Source: an uncultured Holophagae bacterium
Lineage (GTDB): Bacteria; Acidobacteriota; Thermoanaerobaculia; Thermoanaerobaculales; Sulfomarinibacteraceae
NCBI GenBank assembly: GCA_963710645.1
Contig: CAVQBD010000002.1
Coordinates: 74,828-138,827 of the forward strand
DNA length: 64,000 bases
Direction: 5' to 3'
Numbering within the stretch: the stretch's first letter is position 1; every line of letters starts with the position of its first letter. Positions 9,283-18,533 of the stretch are shown here, one piece after another. Both the position numbers and the translations under genes were made by a program. The notes below the pieces were generated by a model that was given only the letters and a program-made list of their open reading frames with translations, was not told where the DNA came from and made no database searches.

Positions 9283-11238
9283 TTAGTCCGGCCGAAGCGT
9301 TCCTGCACTTGGCATCAGGCGGATCGACCAAGAACCTCGGTTTCCGAAATCGAACCCGTCGGAGAAGAGGACCGGCCCTGGTGTTGGGGTTGCCGTCGGG
9401 GTCGCCGTGGGCGTGGGTGTCGACGTCGGTGGAACGGCCGTCCAACTGGGGGTTGGTGTAGGTGATGGCGGCACCGGCGTGCTTGTCCTGGTTGGAGTAG
9501 CCGTTGGTGGAACTGGAGTATTGGTTTGTGTCCTGGTGGCCGTCGGGGTTCGAGTCGGTGTCGGAGAAACCGGCGTGCCTGTGGAAGTTCGGGTTGGAGT
9601 TGGTGGAACCGGTGTGGCGGAGGGAGTTCGGGTTGGAGTTGGTGGAACCGGCGTGGCGGAGGGAGTCCGAGTTGGTGTGGGAGGAACCGGTGTGGCGGAG
9701 GGAGTCCGAGTTGGTGTGGGAGGAGCCGGCGTGGCGGAGGGAGTCCGAGTTGGTGTGGGAGGAACCGGTGTAGCGGAGGGAGTCCGAGTTGGTGTGGGAG
9801 GAACCGGTGTGGCGGAGGGAGTCCGAGTTGGTGTGGGAGGAACCGGCGTGGCGGAGGGAGTCCGAGTTGGAGTTGAGGTCGGTGTTGGCGGAACAGGGGT
9901 ATTTGTTCTGGTGGGCGTCGGGGTCGGTGGAACGGCGGTCGCCGTGGGTGTGGGTGTCGGCACCGGTCCGCTGGCTACTGTGAGGTCCAACTCATAAAGT
10001 TGCGGCATGTCTGACGTGCCGCCTGCAATTTCGAGGTAGTAGGTTCCGTCGCCGCTGGTCAGGGCGATATTCTCGAGGGTTTCAGGGAGTCCCGCGCCGG
10101 TCGCGTCGGAGGACGCCAACTCGGTGGACCCGTTGACATCCAGCACCCGAATACTCAGATCATGGATGGCCAGGGAATCGAAGGGAGTGCCCGAGGAGCA
10201 ACTCCCGCCGGAGTTCTGAGGGCCGCTCAGATAGGTCCCGCCGACAGGGGAGACGGTCACACTGATCGACGCTCCCGAACCGACTGAGAAGCTGAAATCA
10301 TCGATGTCATAGTTGTCATCGATGGACACGTCAAGAATGGCCATCGATCCTGACGGCGATCCGATATGAGTTGATGACGCGGGCGAGTCATTGTGTTCGA
10401 AGAAGTCACCGTAGCCGCGATTCGCGGCCAGGATGTCGTCGTGCTGTGGGCCCTCGAAAGCACCTGAATAGTACGGCTCCATGAGTTTGGTCTGGTTCAC
10501 CGGACAGACGTGCTGCAGACCGATCCCGTGGCCGTGCTCGTGGGAGACCACGTTGCGCAGGCGGATCGAGTTTCCGGAGGTGTTCGAGAAGAAGGAGTCC
10601 CCGGTGTCGATCACCATGTCTCCGATGTTTGGATAAAAGTTGTAGGCGAGGATGCCTGATCCGCCGTCGATGTTGTGACCCGAAATTCGAACGTCGCCGC
10701 GGCCCCCGATCTGGCCCTCGGCGGCGGTGAACGACGCGCCGTCGTCATTCGGCTCGTAGACGTAGGTGATACCCGTGAGTTCCCCCCAACGGTCAAAGAC
10801 CTGCTGGAAAAGGGGGAGCCAATTGGCTTCGTTGCCATAGACGCCGTCTAGGTAGGCACGAAGGTTGCTCGGGGAGTCGGCCTCACCGGCGTAACCCAAG
10901 ATGATGGTGCCGTCGGGAACGATGCTCCAGGTCAGGGTCGTCGGATCGCCCTGGCCGAGGCCGCTGCCGTCGGTTGCAGTCTGAGACCATCGGAGGTAAT
11001 CGGAGAACTGATACTCGGTCTCGGACCCTCCGGACAGGGAGTGATCGAAGCGCGTGAACGACGCCTTTGTGACGGTCTCCTGGATATACCAATCGGGCGT
11101 GCCTGGTTTGAAGCAGAGCACTGGCCCGGAGCCCTGGTTGCAGGCGGCCGGCGATGAGCCGTGCGCGCTCGACGACATGCTGGACAGAAGTGCGATGCAC
11201 CCGATGGTCCCTGCGATGACTGCAAGATTGATCTTCAT
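9283..11238 (-). CDS. Secreted zinc metalloprotease (HExxHxxGxxH, matrixin/M10-like) with a long P/T-rich repeat linker and a short C-terminal motif
   Basis: Signal peptide, zinc site [14 protein letters not shown], a beta-rich domain, then about 190 aa of PT-rich linker that includes about 7 units of [13 protein letters not shown]. Ends in [16 protein letters not shown]. Confidence 0.75.
   Translation of the reverse strand: MKINLAVIAGTIGCIALLSSMSSSAHGSSPAACNQGSGPVLCFKPGTPDWYIQETVTKASFTRFDHSLSGGSETEYQFSDYLRWSQTATDGSGLGQGDPTTLTWSIVPDGTIILGYAGEADSPSNLRAYLDGVYGNEANWLPLFQQVFDRWGELTGITYVYEPNDDGASFTAAEGQIGGRGDVRISGHNIDGGSGILAYNFYPNIGDMVIDTGDSFFSNTSGNSIRLRNVVSHEHGHGIGLQHVCPVNQTKLMEPYYSGAFEGPQHDDILAANRGYGDFFEHNDSPASSTHIGSPSGSMAILDVSIDDNYDIDDFSFSVGSGASISVTVSPVGGTYLSGPQNSGGSCSSGTPFDSLAIHDLSIRVLDVNGSTELASSDATGAGLPETLENIALTSGDGTYYLEIAGGTSDMPQLYELDLTVASGPVPTPTPTATAVPPTPTPTRTNTPVPPTPTSTPTRTPSATPVPPTPTRTPSATPVPPTPTRTPSATPVPPTPTRTPSATPAPPTPTRTPSATPVPPTPTRTPSATPVPPTPTRTPSATPVPPTPTRTSTGTPVSPTPTRTPTATRTQTNTPVPPTATPTRTSTPVPPSPTPTPSWTAVPPTSTPTPTATPTATPTPGPVLFSDGFDFGNRGSWSIRLMPSAGTLRPD
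9583..9890 (-). repeat. 39-bp (13-codon) in-frame tandem repeat inside the protease gene
   Basis: Near-identical units GGGAGTCCGAGTTGGTGTGGGAGGAACCGGTGTGGCGGA start at 9661, 9700, 9739, 9778 and 9817. More diverged units flank them. Confidence 0.9.
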
Positions 11239-11270
11239 GGCCTCGTGTCACTCCTCACGGAGGGGTCGGT

Positions 11271-12890
11271 TCATGGGTTGTTGGAGGACCAGGCAGCGAG
11301 GCTGCCCGACTCGAATCCGTCTGAGAACAGCGGGTCGACTTGAATCGGTGAGAGACACCCTGGGTAGCTGTTGGCGCGTGATCTCACATGGTCATTCATT
11401 AGGGCCGGGACGCGTTCGGGTTGAACGCCGTATGGGTGGCCCAAACCAAAGGTCAGGCTGATGTTGGAGAGGCCACCGTTCAAGAGGTGGCAGTAGCTCA
11501 TGATGGTGCCGCAACCGGCGCCGGAGGTCGCACAGGGCAGACCGGAGGTGCCGCAGAAACAACCGTTGCTGCCGCACTCACCGGCATAGCAACTGTCCAC
11601 CGGGTTCGGATTGCCGCCGATGCCACCGTAGCAGTGGGTGTGGGGCGAGTTGAAGTTGTGGCCGATCTCGTGGCTGGAGGCCATGATGTCCCAGACCACA
11701 GTGGGATTCGAGATGTGGAAGCTGCCGGAGATATTGCCGGTGAAGCCGTAGGCTCCACCGTAATTGTCGGAAGAGGGTGAGAGACTGCAGCCCCAGCTTG
11801 AAGGAACCGAAGTGTTGAATCCGCCGGAGCACAGCACCCCCACCCATGCGATGCCGCCGCCTGAATTCTTGCCGCTCAGGAAGTGGGCGATGGTCCTCGG
11901 CAGGTGGCCGTTGTGATCGTTCCAATACCGACCGAACTCATACAGACCGCAGCCGCTGGATGTTTGGGTCCATGGGTCCGCCGACGTCGTCCACAGCGAA
12001 ATGTGAGATACGTGAAGCGAGGTGTCGACCTCGCTGGAGTAGTAGCCGGATGCGTAGGCGAAGAGGTCCCCTATGTATTCGATGGCGGTCAACGGATCGC
12101 CGAAGCGCTGGTAGTACTCGTAGTCGGTTTCCACGGCGACCCGTGCGGTGTAGCCAACGGGGATGAACTCCGGCAGGCCATCCACCTGCGGTGGAGCAGT
12201 CCCTTGAGTCCAGGGCCACGGCGGTTTCTCGTCTGGGGCCGACAATCGGTCCGTGCCGCACTCGAACCCCCGCGTCGGATCGTCCAGATCGACTGCTGGG
12301 TCGAGGGCACGGATTTGCGGTCCGAGGTCTCCGACTTCCTGGCTGAAGATCCAATACCTGTTGCCGTCCGAGACAAGACCGCGCACGACACCGGTCTCGC
12401 TCACGGTCATGGATGCCACGGACCTGTTCCGTCCCTGGATCAACCCTCGCAGGTACTCATTGCGTGGTGGGGCTGTGGTGGTATCGCCGTCGGGACCGTG
12501 GATCACGACCTTGGCGTCGTCGGTGAAGACCCGAACCCGATTCAGAACCAGGACCGAAGTTGGACCGTCCGCCTCCAGTGGAACATCTGACACGCGAATA
12601 GAGGCGTCCTTCGAAAGGCTGCGGACGGCTTCGATGGTCGGCGGGGCGTTCCAGGACGTTTCGAGCACAATTGGGGACGAGCCGTGGCCGGGGGCGGCCG
12701 CCAGGATCATTGCGGAAAAAACCAGCAGGAAGAAGGTTGCCTGGATTGGGTGGTTGAATGGTGATTCCAGAGGTAAGCAGATTTTTTTGGGAGTGCTCAA
12801 AAACGGATTGACTGATGATCGTCGGATCTGCTTGCAGGTCAGAGCCGTAACAACGCGATGCTGTGGTGCACGCATATCAACCGCCTTCAA
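11271..12890 (-). CDS. Secreted reprolysin-like (M12B-type) zinc metalloprotease
   Basis: Zinc site SSHEIGHNFNSPHTHC and a Cys-rich region. Hydrophobic signal-like segment (ATFFLLVFSAMILAAAPGHG). C-terminal DPLFSDGFESGSLAAWSSNNP. The true start is uncertain because the signal-like segment begins about 50 codons after the first ATG. Confidence 0.7.
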   Translation of the reverse strand: MKAVDMRAPQHRVVTALTCKQIRRSSVNPFLSTPKKICLPLESPFNHPIQATFFLLVFSAMILAAAPGHGSSPIVLETSWNAPPTIEAVRSLSKDASIRVSDVPLEADGPTSVLVLNRVRVFTDDAKVVIHGPDGDTTTAPPRNEYLRGLIQGRNRSVASMTVSETGVVRGLVSDGNRYWIFSQEVGDLGPQIRALDPAVDLDDPTRGFECGTDRLSAPDEKPPWPWTQGTAPPQVDGLPEFIPVGYTARVAVETDYEYYQRFGDPLTAIEYIGDLFAYASGYYSSEVDTSLHVSHISLWTTSADPWTQTSSGCGLYEFGRYWNDHNGHLPRTIAHFLSGKNSGGGIAWVGVLCSGGFNTSVPSSWGCSLSPSSDNYGGAYGFTGNISGSFHISNPTVVWDIMASSHEIGHNFNSPHTHCYGGIGGNPNPVDSCYAGECGSNGCFCGTSGLPCATSGAGCGTIMSYCHLLNGGLSNISLTFGLGHPYGVQPERVPALMNDHVRSRANSYPGCLSPIQVDPLFSDGFESGSLAAWSSNNP

Positions 12891-12976
12891 TTTTGGAGAA
12901 TGGCGCCCTCCATCCCCCTCCGGAATAGAGTTCCCCCGGGATTGAAATTCGTAGTGACCGGCCTCACAATCTTCCC

Positions 12977-13486
12977 GTGCAGGTCGTCATCGGTCTCGGC
13001 GGGAATTTGGGCGACGTGGAAGCTGCCTTCCATGCCGCACGTCGAAGCCTTGCCCGGAGGTGGCGTATCGTGGTTTGCGCGAGGCTCTACCGGACCCGGC
13101 CCATGGGCCCGAGACAGCCGGATTTCCTCAATTCCGCGGTGAGTCTCGAAGGCGATGGCGGGCTGTCCCAGCTGCTGGATGAGTGTCGAGTCGCCGAGTC
13201 GGCCGCTGGCAGGAACCGAGCAGCAGAGCAACGATGGGGCCCGCGGACTCTGGATATCGACTTGCTGTTGGTTCGCAACGGCGTCCACCGAGGACCTCGG
13301 CTGGAAGTGCCCCACCCCGGATTTCACGAGCGGGCTTTCGCGATCCTCCCGGCAGCCGATGTCGCGCCAGGGTGGATCCACCCGCTGCTGGGACGGACGG
13401 TGGGCCAGCTCGCCCAGTCCCTGGGGCCGAGTGCCCTGAACGGGGTCGAAGTCATCGATTCAGATGGTTGGTTGGATCGGAAATAG
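12977..13486 (+). CDS. folK: 2-amino-4-hydroxy-6-hydroxymethyldihydropteridine diphosphokinase (HPPK)
   Basis: GTG start. HPPK motifs (IGLGGNLGD ... YRTRPMG...QPDFLN ... RWGPRTLDIDLL ... LEVPHPGFHERAF). Confidence 0.85.
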   Translation: MQVVIGLGGNLGDVEAAFHAARRSLARRWRIVVCARLYRTRPMGPRQPDFLNSAVSLEGDGGLSQLLDECRVAESAAGRNRAAEQRWGPRTLDIDLLLVRNGVHRGPRLEVPHPGFHERAFAILPAADVAPGWIHPLLGRTVGQLAQSLGPSALNGVEVIDSDGWLDRK

Positions 13487-13557
13487 TCCTTGGCACGTCA
13501 CGGCCCACGCGCTACACTCCCTCCCCGCGACGACAGACTTCTGTGGAGGTTTCCCCA

Positions 13558-15138
13558 ATGATAAAAGGTGTCTTCGATGAATTCAGGAAGATCAGGAACG
13601 ACGCTGAGGCCTTCCTCAAGGAGATCGGCGTGGGTCTCGAACTGGGGCTGAGGCCCACCAACGATGGAGCGTGCACCGGCAACTGGATTTCCTCGGAGGG
13701 CGGTCAGGAGCTGGTATCGGTCAGCCCCCTCGACGGCGAGCCGTTGGCGTCGGTGAAGCAGGCCGACGAAGCGGCCTACGAACAGGTGGTGTCGACCGCG
13801 GCAGAAGCGTTTGTCGACTGGAGAATGGTGCCGGCACCGGTTCGCGGTGAGGTGGTGCGAGAGCTCGGGAACGAGCTGCGCGCCGTCAAGGAACCTCTGG
13901 GAATGTTGGTCTCCCTCGAGATGGGCAAAATCCTCTCCGAGGGTCTGGGCGAGGTCCAGGAGATGATCGACATGTGCGACTTCGCCGTCGGGTTGTCCCG
14001 TCAGCTCTACGGACCGACAATGATGTCAGAACGGCCGCTTCATCGCATGTATGAACAGTGGCATCCGCTGGGGGTTGTGGGCATCATCACGGCCTTCAAC
14101 TTCCCGGTGGCGGTGTGGGCGTGGAACGCGGCGTTGGCCGCGGTCTGCGGCAACACCATGGTGTGGAAGCCGTCGTCGGATACCCCGCTGACCGCGATCG
14201 CGATCCAGAATATCTGCAACCGGGTGATGGATCGCCATGGTTTGCACGGCATCTTCAATCTGGTCATCGGTCCGGGACGAACGATTGGTGAACTGATGAT
14301 CAACGACCCGCGGGTGCCGCTGATTTCGTTCACCGGTTCCACCGGAATGGGTCGGCACGTCGCCGAGGCTACCGCCAAGCGCTTCGGGAGGAATATTCTC
14401 GAGCTTGGAGGCAACAATGCCATCATCGTCGAGCCCGATGCGGATCTCGATCTGACCCTACGCGCGGTGCTCTTCGCCGCCGTCGGGACGGCGGGTCAGC
14501 GCTGCACGAGTCTGCGTCGGCTCTTCCTCCATCGGAGCATTGCCGACGATTTTGTGGCCAAGCTCGTCAAGGCCTACGGCAGCGTGACCATCGGAAATCC
14601 GGTGGAGGACGGCGTGCTGATGGGACCGTTGGTCAACGAGCGAGCCGTTCGTGACCACTTCGCGGCCATCGAAACCATCAAGCAGCAGGGTGGAGAGGTT
14701 GTTTGCGGCGGCGGAAAAGTCGACGGTCCGGGTTTCTTCGTGGAGCCGACGATCGTTCGTCTGACCGAGCAGATTCCCGTCGCCTGCGAAGAGACTTTCG
14801 CTCCGATCCTGTACGTTATGGAGTACGACACGCTGGATGACGTGATCGCAACCCACAACGCGGTGGATCAGGGGCTGTCGTCGGCGATTTTCACCTCGAA
14901 TCTGTACTCTGCGGAGACCTTCTTGTCGCACCGCGGATCGGATTGTGGCATCGCCAACGTCAACATCGGCACCTCTGGTGCGGAGATTGGTGGAGCGTTT
15001 GGTGGCGAAAAGGAGACCGGCGGCGGTCGCGAGGCCGGCTCGGATTCCTGGAAGGCCTACATGCGTCGTCAGACCTGCACCATCAATTGGAGCAAAGAGC
15101 TGCCGCTGGCACAGGGCGTCGAGTTCGACGTCGAATAG
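13558..15138 (+). CDS. ALDH7-type aldehyde dehydrogenase (aminoadipate-semialdehyde / piperideine-6-carboxylate dehydrogenase-like)
   Basis: 526 aa from ATG 13558, with GGAGGT 7 nt upstream. Catalytic motifs LELGGNNA and GTAGQRCTSLRR. The upstream 125 codons of the track ORF overlap folK out of frame and are R/P-rich. Confidence 0.85.
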   Translation: MIKGVFDEFRKIRNDAEAFLKEIGVGLELGLRPTNDGACTGNWISSEGGQELVSVSPLDGEPLASVKQADEAAYEQVVSTAAEAFVDWRMVPAPVRGEVVRELGNELRAVKEPLGMLVSLEMGKILSEGLGEVQEMIDMCDFAVGLSRQLYGPTMMSERPLHRMYEQWHPLGVVGIITAFNFPVAVWAWNAALAAVCGNTMVWKPSSDTPLTAIAIQNICNRVMDRHGLHGIFNLVIGPGRTIGELMINDPRVPLISFTGSTGMGRHVAEATAKRFGRNILELGGNNAIIVEPDADLDLTLRAVLFAAVGTAGQRCTSLRRLFLHRSIADDFVAKLVKAYGSVTIGNPVEDGVLMGPLVNERAVRDHFAAIETIKQQGGEVVCGGGKVDGPGFFVEPTIVRLTEQIPVACEETFAPILYVMEYDTLDDVIATHNAVDQGLSSAIFTSNLYSAETFLSHRGSDCGIANVNIGTSGAEIGGAFGGEKETGGGREAGSDSWKAYMRRQTCTINWSKELPLAQGVEFDVE

Positions 15139-15165
15139 CGACAGAATCAATCACAGCTTCAATCG

Positions 15166-15191
15166 GCGGGCCGGCAACGGCCCGCTTTTTT
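15166..15191 (+). terminator. Rho-independent terminator after the ALDH gene
   Basis: GCGGGCCG-GCAA-CGGCCCGC stem-loop followed by TTTTTT. Confidence 0.75.
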
Positions 15192-15363
15192 GGTCTTGGG
15201 GTCTCGAGGTCCTGTGGCCAGACCCCGAGACCTGTTGTTGAAGAAATTCGGAATTCGAAATTCGGAATTCGAAAACCCTCCCACCCGTGTGTGAACAAGG
15301 AATATGGAGCACCGCCGCCCACCCGGGATAGGGAGTCGTTACACGTTCAACGTTAAACGTTAG

Positions 15364-16289
15364 GTTCATCCGGGGAATCGTGAGGTGGGGTTTCTGCGTG
15401 CCCGTCTCCGTGCGGGGATTCAGGCGGCAGGGGCAGCGACGGCAATCAGGGACAGCGTCCGTGATCGGCGGCTGCGTCAGCGATCAGGGGCCGCGGCAGT
15501 GATCAGCTGGGATTGCTCCGGGTTGCGGTCGCTGTCCACCGATACTGCCATCTGCCCCGGACGCCGGTTGCTGTCCCTGTCCCGGCCGCTGCCGACTGCC
15601 GCTGATAGCTGTTCCTCAGAGCGCATCGTGATCACCTCCGGGTCGTTCGCTCGGAGGGAATCGTCGATCTGTCTCCGGATGTCAAGGGCAAGACAAGTCG
15701 TCGGACGACCCTTGACATCCGGAGAAAGATCGACGTCGAGAGAGTTTCATGGACGACCCGGAGGTGATCATGATCGACGCGTGCCAAGGCAACCAACTCA
15801 TCGTCTACGGCAAGGCCATCGAGGCGGCCGGGGAAGCCATCTCCCTCGTCAAACGAGTGCCGGCTCCCGTCAAGAGCCTCGCCGATCAGGTGATCAGATC
15901 GGCGTCATCGGTTCCCGCCAACATTGCAGAAGGCCACGGCCGAACGGGCCGGGATAGACTCCATCATTGGCGAATCGCCTACGGCTCCGCGAAGGAGGTC
16001 GATTGCCATCTTCGCCTCCTGGTTCATGCTGGGGCGATAGACTCCACTCGCGTGGGCGATTCGCTACAGCTCTTCGATCAGGTCCGTGCCATGATCTGGC
16101 GTTTGCTGAACCCAAGGCCCTGATTGGGGCTCCTCGCACGAGCAATTCCGGATGCTGGCGCCGGGTCTACCGCTGGTAGGCTCCGGAACCGCACATGACG
16201 TCGGTGCGATGGAACATCTCGAATATCACATTTCTCATTTCTCATTTCAAATTCAACCACTGCCCATCTCACGGAAATCCGGATGAACC
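15364..16289 (+). repeat. About 0.93-kb unit bounded by imperfect 27-bp inverted repeats
   Basis: Left end GGTTCATCCGGGGAATCGTGAGGTGGG (15364-15390). Right end CCCATCTCACGGAAATCCGGATGAACC (16263-16289), which is its imperfect reverse complement. ACGTT-type short repeats lie just outside both ends. The unit contains module A, nested hairpins and the four-helix-bundle ORF. Module A (15382-15662) is homologous to 52621-52835 and, inverted, to 63645-63891. Confidence 0.8.
15749..16123 (+). CDS. Four-helix-bundle protein (23S rRNA intervening-sequence protein family; same fold family as DGR Avd)
   Basis: 124 aa with family-typical segments (IRSASSVPANIAEGHGR ... AYGSAKEVDCHLRL). The family assignment is from memory of this family's conserved NIAEG and E..yhL pattern. 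Confidence 0.75.
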   Translation: MDDPEVIMIDACQGNQLIVYGKAIEAAGEAISLVKRVPAPVKSLADQVIRSASSVPANIAEGHGRTGRDRLHHWRIAYGSAKEVDCHLRLLVHAGAIDSTRVGDSLQLFDQVRAMIWRLLNPRP

Positions 16290-16496
16290 AAACGTTAAAG
16301 GTCCGGACATCTCGACGTCTGATGAGGACCCCTAATATTAACGTGTAACGTTCAACGTTGAACTTCGCCGAGTCCCGAGTCCCGAGTCCCGGGTTCGGTG
16401 CTGATGTTCGGGACGGGCTGGGGGGGTCGACATTCGACATTCGACATTACCTTTCGACCGGCTGGGCTGGCGGGCTACCGCCCACCGCCTGCTACC

Positions 16497-17849
16497 ATGA
16501 TCGCCATGGAAGGTCGAATTCTCATCGTTGACGATAACCCCGGTGTGCGCAAGGTTCTCAACCGCATTCTGGCCGGAGCCGGCTATGGGATTCAGGAGGC
16601 CGGTGACGCGTTCCAGGCCCTGGATATGCTCGATGCTCAGCCTCCGGATGCGGCACTGCTCGACATCAAGATGCCCGGCATGGACGGTCTCGGGCTGATG
16701 GATAACCTGCGGCAGCGCGGACTGGAGATCCCGGTGGTGGTGCTGACAGGGCATGGGGATGAGTTCACGGCCCAGCAGTGTCTCGAAGCCGGAGCGGCAG
16801 CCTATCTGACCAAGCCGCCGGACCGCGCGGATCTCTTGCTGGCGGTTCGGGGCGCCGTGGCCCAGGGTCGCGTGGCCAGAGAACTGAAAACGACCCACGA
16901 ACCACCGCCGCTGTTGGGTACTGGTGCCTCCATGGAACGGTTGCGCGAACAGATCGCGCGGGTCGCTCCCTCGCCGGCGACCGTGTTGATTCAGGGCGAG
17001 TCGGGCACCGGCAAGGAACTGGTGGCCCGGCGGCTGCATCATTTATCGGACCGGGCGCTCCAGTCGTTCATCCGTGTCAATTGTGCTGCGATCCCAGAAG
17101 AACTGATCGAGTCCGAGCTCTTCGGGCACGAAAAGGGCTCGTTCACCGGAGCCCACCGCCGCCAGCTCGGAAAATTCGTCCAGGCGGACGGCGGAACCAT
17201 CTTCCTCGATGAGGTGGGAGACATGAGCCTGAAGACCCAGGCGAAGGTCCTGCGCGCTTTGCAGGATGGCGAGGTCGAACCGGTGGGTGCGGGACGGCCT
17301 TTCCAGGTGGACGTGAGGGTCATCGCGGCCACCAACAAGGATCTGGCGAACGAGGTGGCGGAGGGTAGATTCCGCCAAGACCTCTACTACAGGCTCGCGG
17401 TGGTCATGCTCCCGACACCGCCCCTTCGGGATCACCGCGAGGACATCCCCCTGCTCGTGGAACACTTCACCGGGCAATACTGTGAGGAGTACAACCGCCG
17501 TCCCAAGAATTGGAGCGTGGACGCCATCGAACAGATGCAGCGCCACGGTTGGCCCGGCAATGTGCGTGAACTCAAGAATGTGGTCGAGCGGGCGGTCATC
17601 ATGGAACTCGATGACACCATCGATCGCATCACCGTGATAGGCGGTCCGGGCATCGACTCCGGTCTCGACGGTCTGCTCGACGCGCAGACTTTGTCAGACT
17701 TCCAGCGGTCGTCCGAGGTTGCCTACCTGCGCCATCAGCTCGACCGCAACGGTTGGAATGTCGCCGCCACTGCGCGGGCCATCGGGACCCCGCGCTCCAA
17801 CCTCTACAAGAAGCTCCAGGCCTACGGAATCGAACGGGAGGACTCGTGA
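16497..17849 (+). CDS. NtrC-family sigma54-dependent response regulator (REC + AAA+ + Fis-type HTH)
   Basis: REC domain (ILIVDDNPGV ... LLDIKMPGMDG), Walker A GESGTGKE, GAFTGA-like loop (GSFTGA), and C-terminal HTH (ARAIGTPRSNLYKKLQAYGI). Start trimmed to ATG 16497. Confidence 0.85.
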   Translation: MIAMEGRILIVDDNPGVRKVLNRILAGAGYGIQEAGDAFQALDMLDAQPPDAALLDIKMPGMDGLGLMDNLRQRGLEIPVVVLTGHGDEFTAQQCLEAGAAAYLTKPPDRADLLLAVRGAVAQGRVARELKTTHEPPPLLGTGASMERLREQIARVAPSPATVLIQGESGTGKELVARRLHHLSDRALQSFIRVNCAAIPEELIESELFGHEKGSFTGAHRRQLGKFVQADGGTIFLDEVGDMSLKTQAKVLRALQDGEVEPVGAGRPFQVDVRVIAATNKDLANEVAEGRFRQDLYYRLAVVMLPTPPLRDHREDIPLLVEHFTGQYCEEYNRRPKNWSVDAIEQMQRHGWPGNVRELKNVVERAVIMELDDTIDRITVIGGPGIDSGLDGLLDAQTLSDFQRSSEVAYLRHQLDRNGWNVAATARAIGTPRSNLYKKLQAYGIEREDS

Positions 17850-18430
17850 TCAATCGCCTCTCCCTCGCCGACTTTGCGGCCCACGGTTCGCACCAGAAGG
17901 GCCACTTCAGACTCTCTTCGGGTCTCCACTCGGGGGATTATTTGCAGTGCGCTTTGTTTCTCGCCAACCCGGTGAGAGCCGAACGTGCCGGCCAGCAGTT
18001 GGCCGAGGCCATCGGCTCCGCGATGGTCAAACCCGACGTGATTGTGGGACCCGCGTTGGGTGGACTCATCATTGGGCATGAGACCGCCCGTGCGTTTCGA
18101 TGTCCATTCATTTTCACCGAACGTGTTGATGGACGTATGACCCTGCGGCGGGGATTTGGTATCGGGCCGAAGATGGGCATCGTCGTCGTGGAGGACGTCG
18201 TGACCACGGGCGGGTCCACAAAAGAGGTCATCGAAATCATGCGGTCCCTTGGCGGTTATGTGATCGGTGTCGCTTCGCTGGTGAATCGGTCAGGCACCGC
18301 CAATCCCTTTGATCCGTTGCCCTACGTCGCGCTGCTCGAGGCGGACTTCCCCACGTGGGATCGATCTGAGTGTCCGTTGTGCAAGAGGGACCGGCCGATC
18401 CAGAAACCCGGGTCGCGACCGGTCAAATAG
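17846..18430 (+). CDS. pyrE: Orotate phosphoribosyltransferase
   Basis: PRPP-binding motif (VVVEDVVTTGGST). HFRLSSGLHSGDYLQC is typical of the short PyrE class. The GTG start overlaps the regulator stop (GTGA). Confidence 0.8.
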   Translation: MINRLSLADFAAHGSHQKGHFRLSSGLHSGDYLQCALFLANPVRAERAGQQLAEAIGSAMVKPDVIVGPALGGLIIGHETARAFRCPFIFTERVDGRMTLRRGFGIGPKMGIVVVEDVVTTGGSTKEVIEIMRSLGGYVIGVASLVNRSGTANPFDPLPYVALLEADFPTWDRSECPLCKRDRPIQKPGSRPVK

Positions 18431-18533
18431 TCCCCGCCCACCCGCATGCCCGGAGAGGAACAAGGAACAAGGATCAAGGAACAACCCCCACCCGACCGGT
18501 TGGCGGGGATCAGGGGGTAGGGAGCAGAGTGAG

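Noticed and set aside
13489-13505. TGGCACGTCACGGCC upstream of the ALDH gene as a sigma54 promoter. The GTGGCACGCCCGCC inside module C (for example 50512-50525) was considered in the same way.
   Set aside because: The -12 GC element is absent or one position out of register relative to TGGCACG-N4-TTGC. The module C occurrences are simply part of the dispersed repeat.
13183-13557. N-terminal extensions of track ORFs: 13183 (ALDH), 23387-24997 (CorC-like), 33551 (aminotransferase), 53873 (GT39), 59086-60408 (NrdR), 48494 (aminotransferase), 29867 (corrinoid), 1888-2565 (cdd), 18309 (NYN), 44346 (PP2C).
   Set aside because: The extensions are low-complexity and R/P-rich, and they overlap neighbouring genes or merely translate intergenic repeats. 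In each case an internal ATG or GTG with a Shine-Dalgarno sequence coincides with the start of family homology.
15749-16123. Diversity-generating retroelement, suggested by the Avd-like four-helix-bundle ORF next to ~230-nt repeats that could be TR/VR.
   Set aside because: No reverse transcriptase is in the window. The repeat copies lie in intergenic DNA, not at the 3' end of a target gene. Differences between copies are mostly transitions in both directions, not adenine-specific substitutions.
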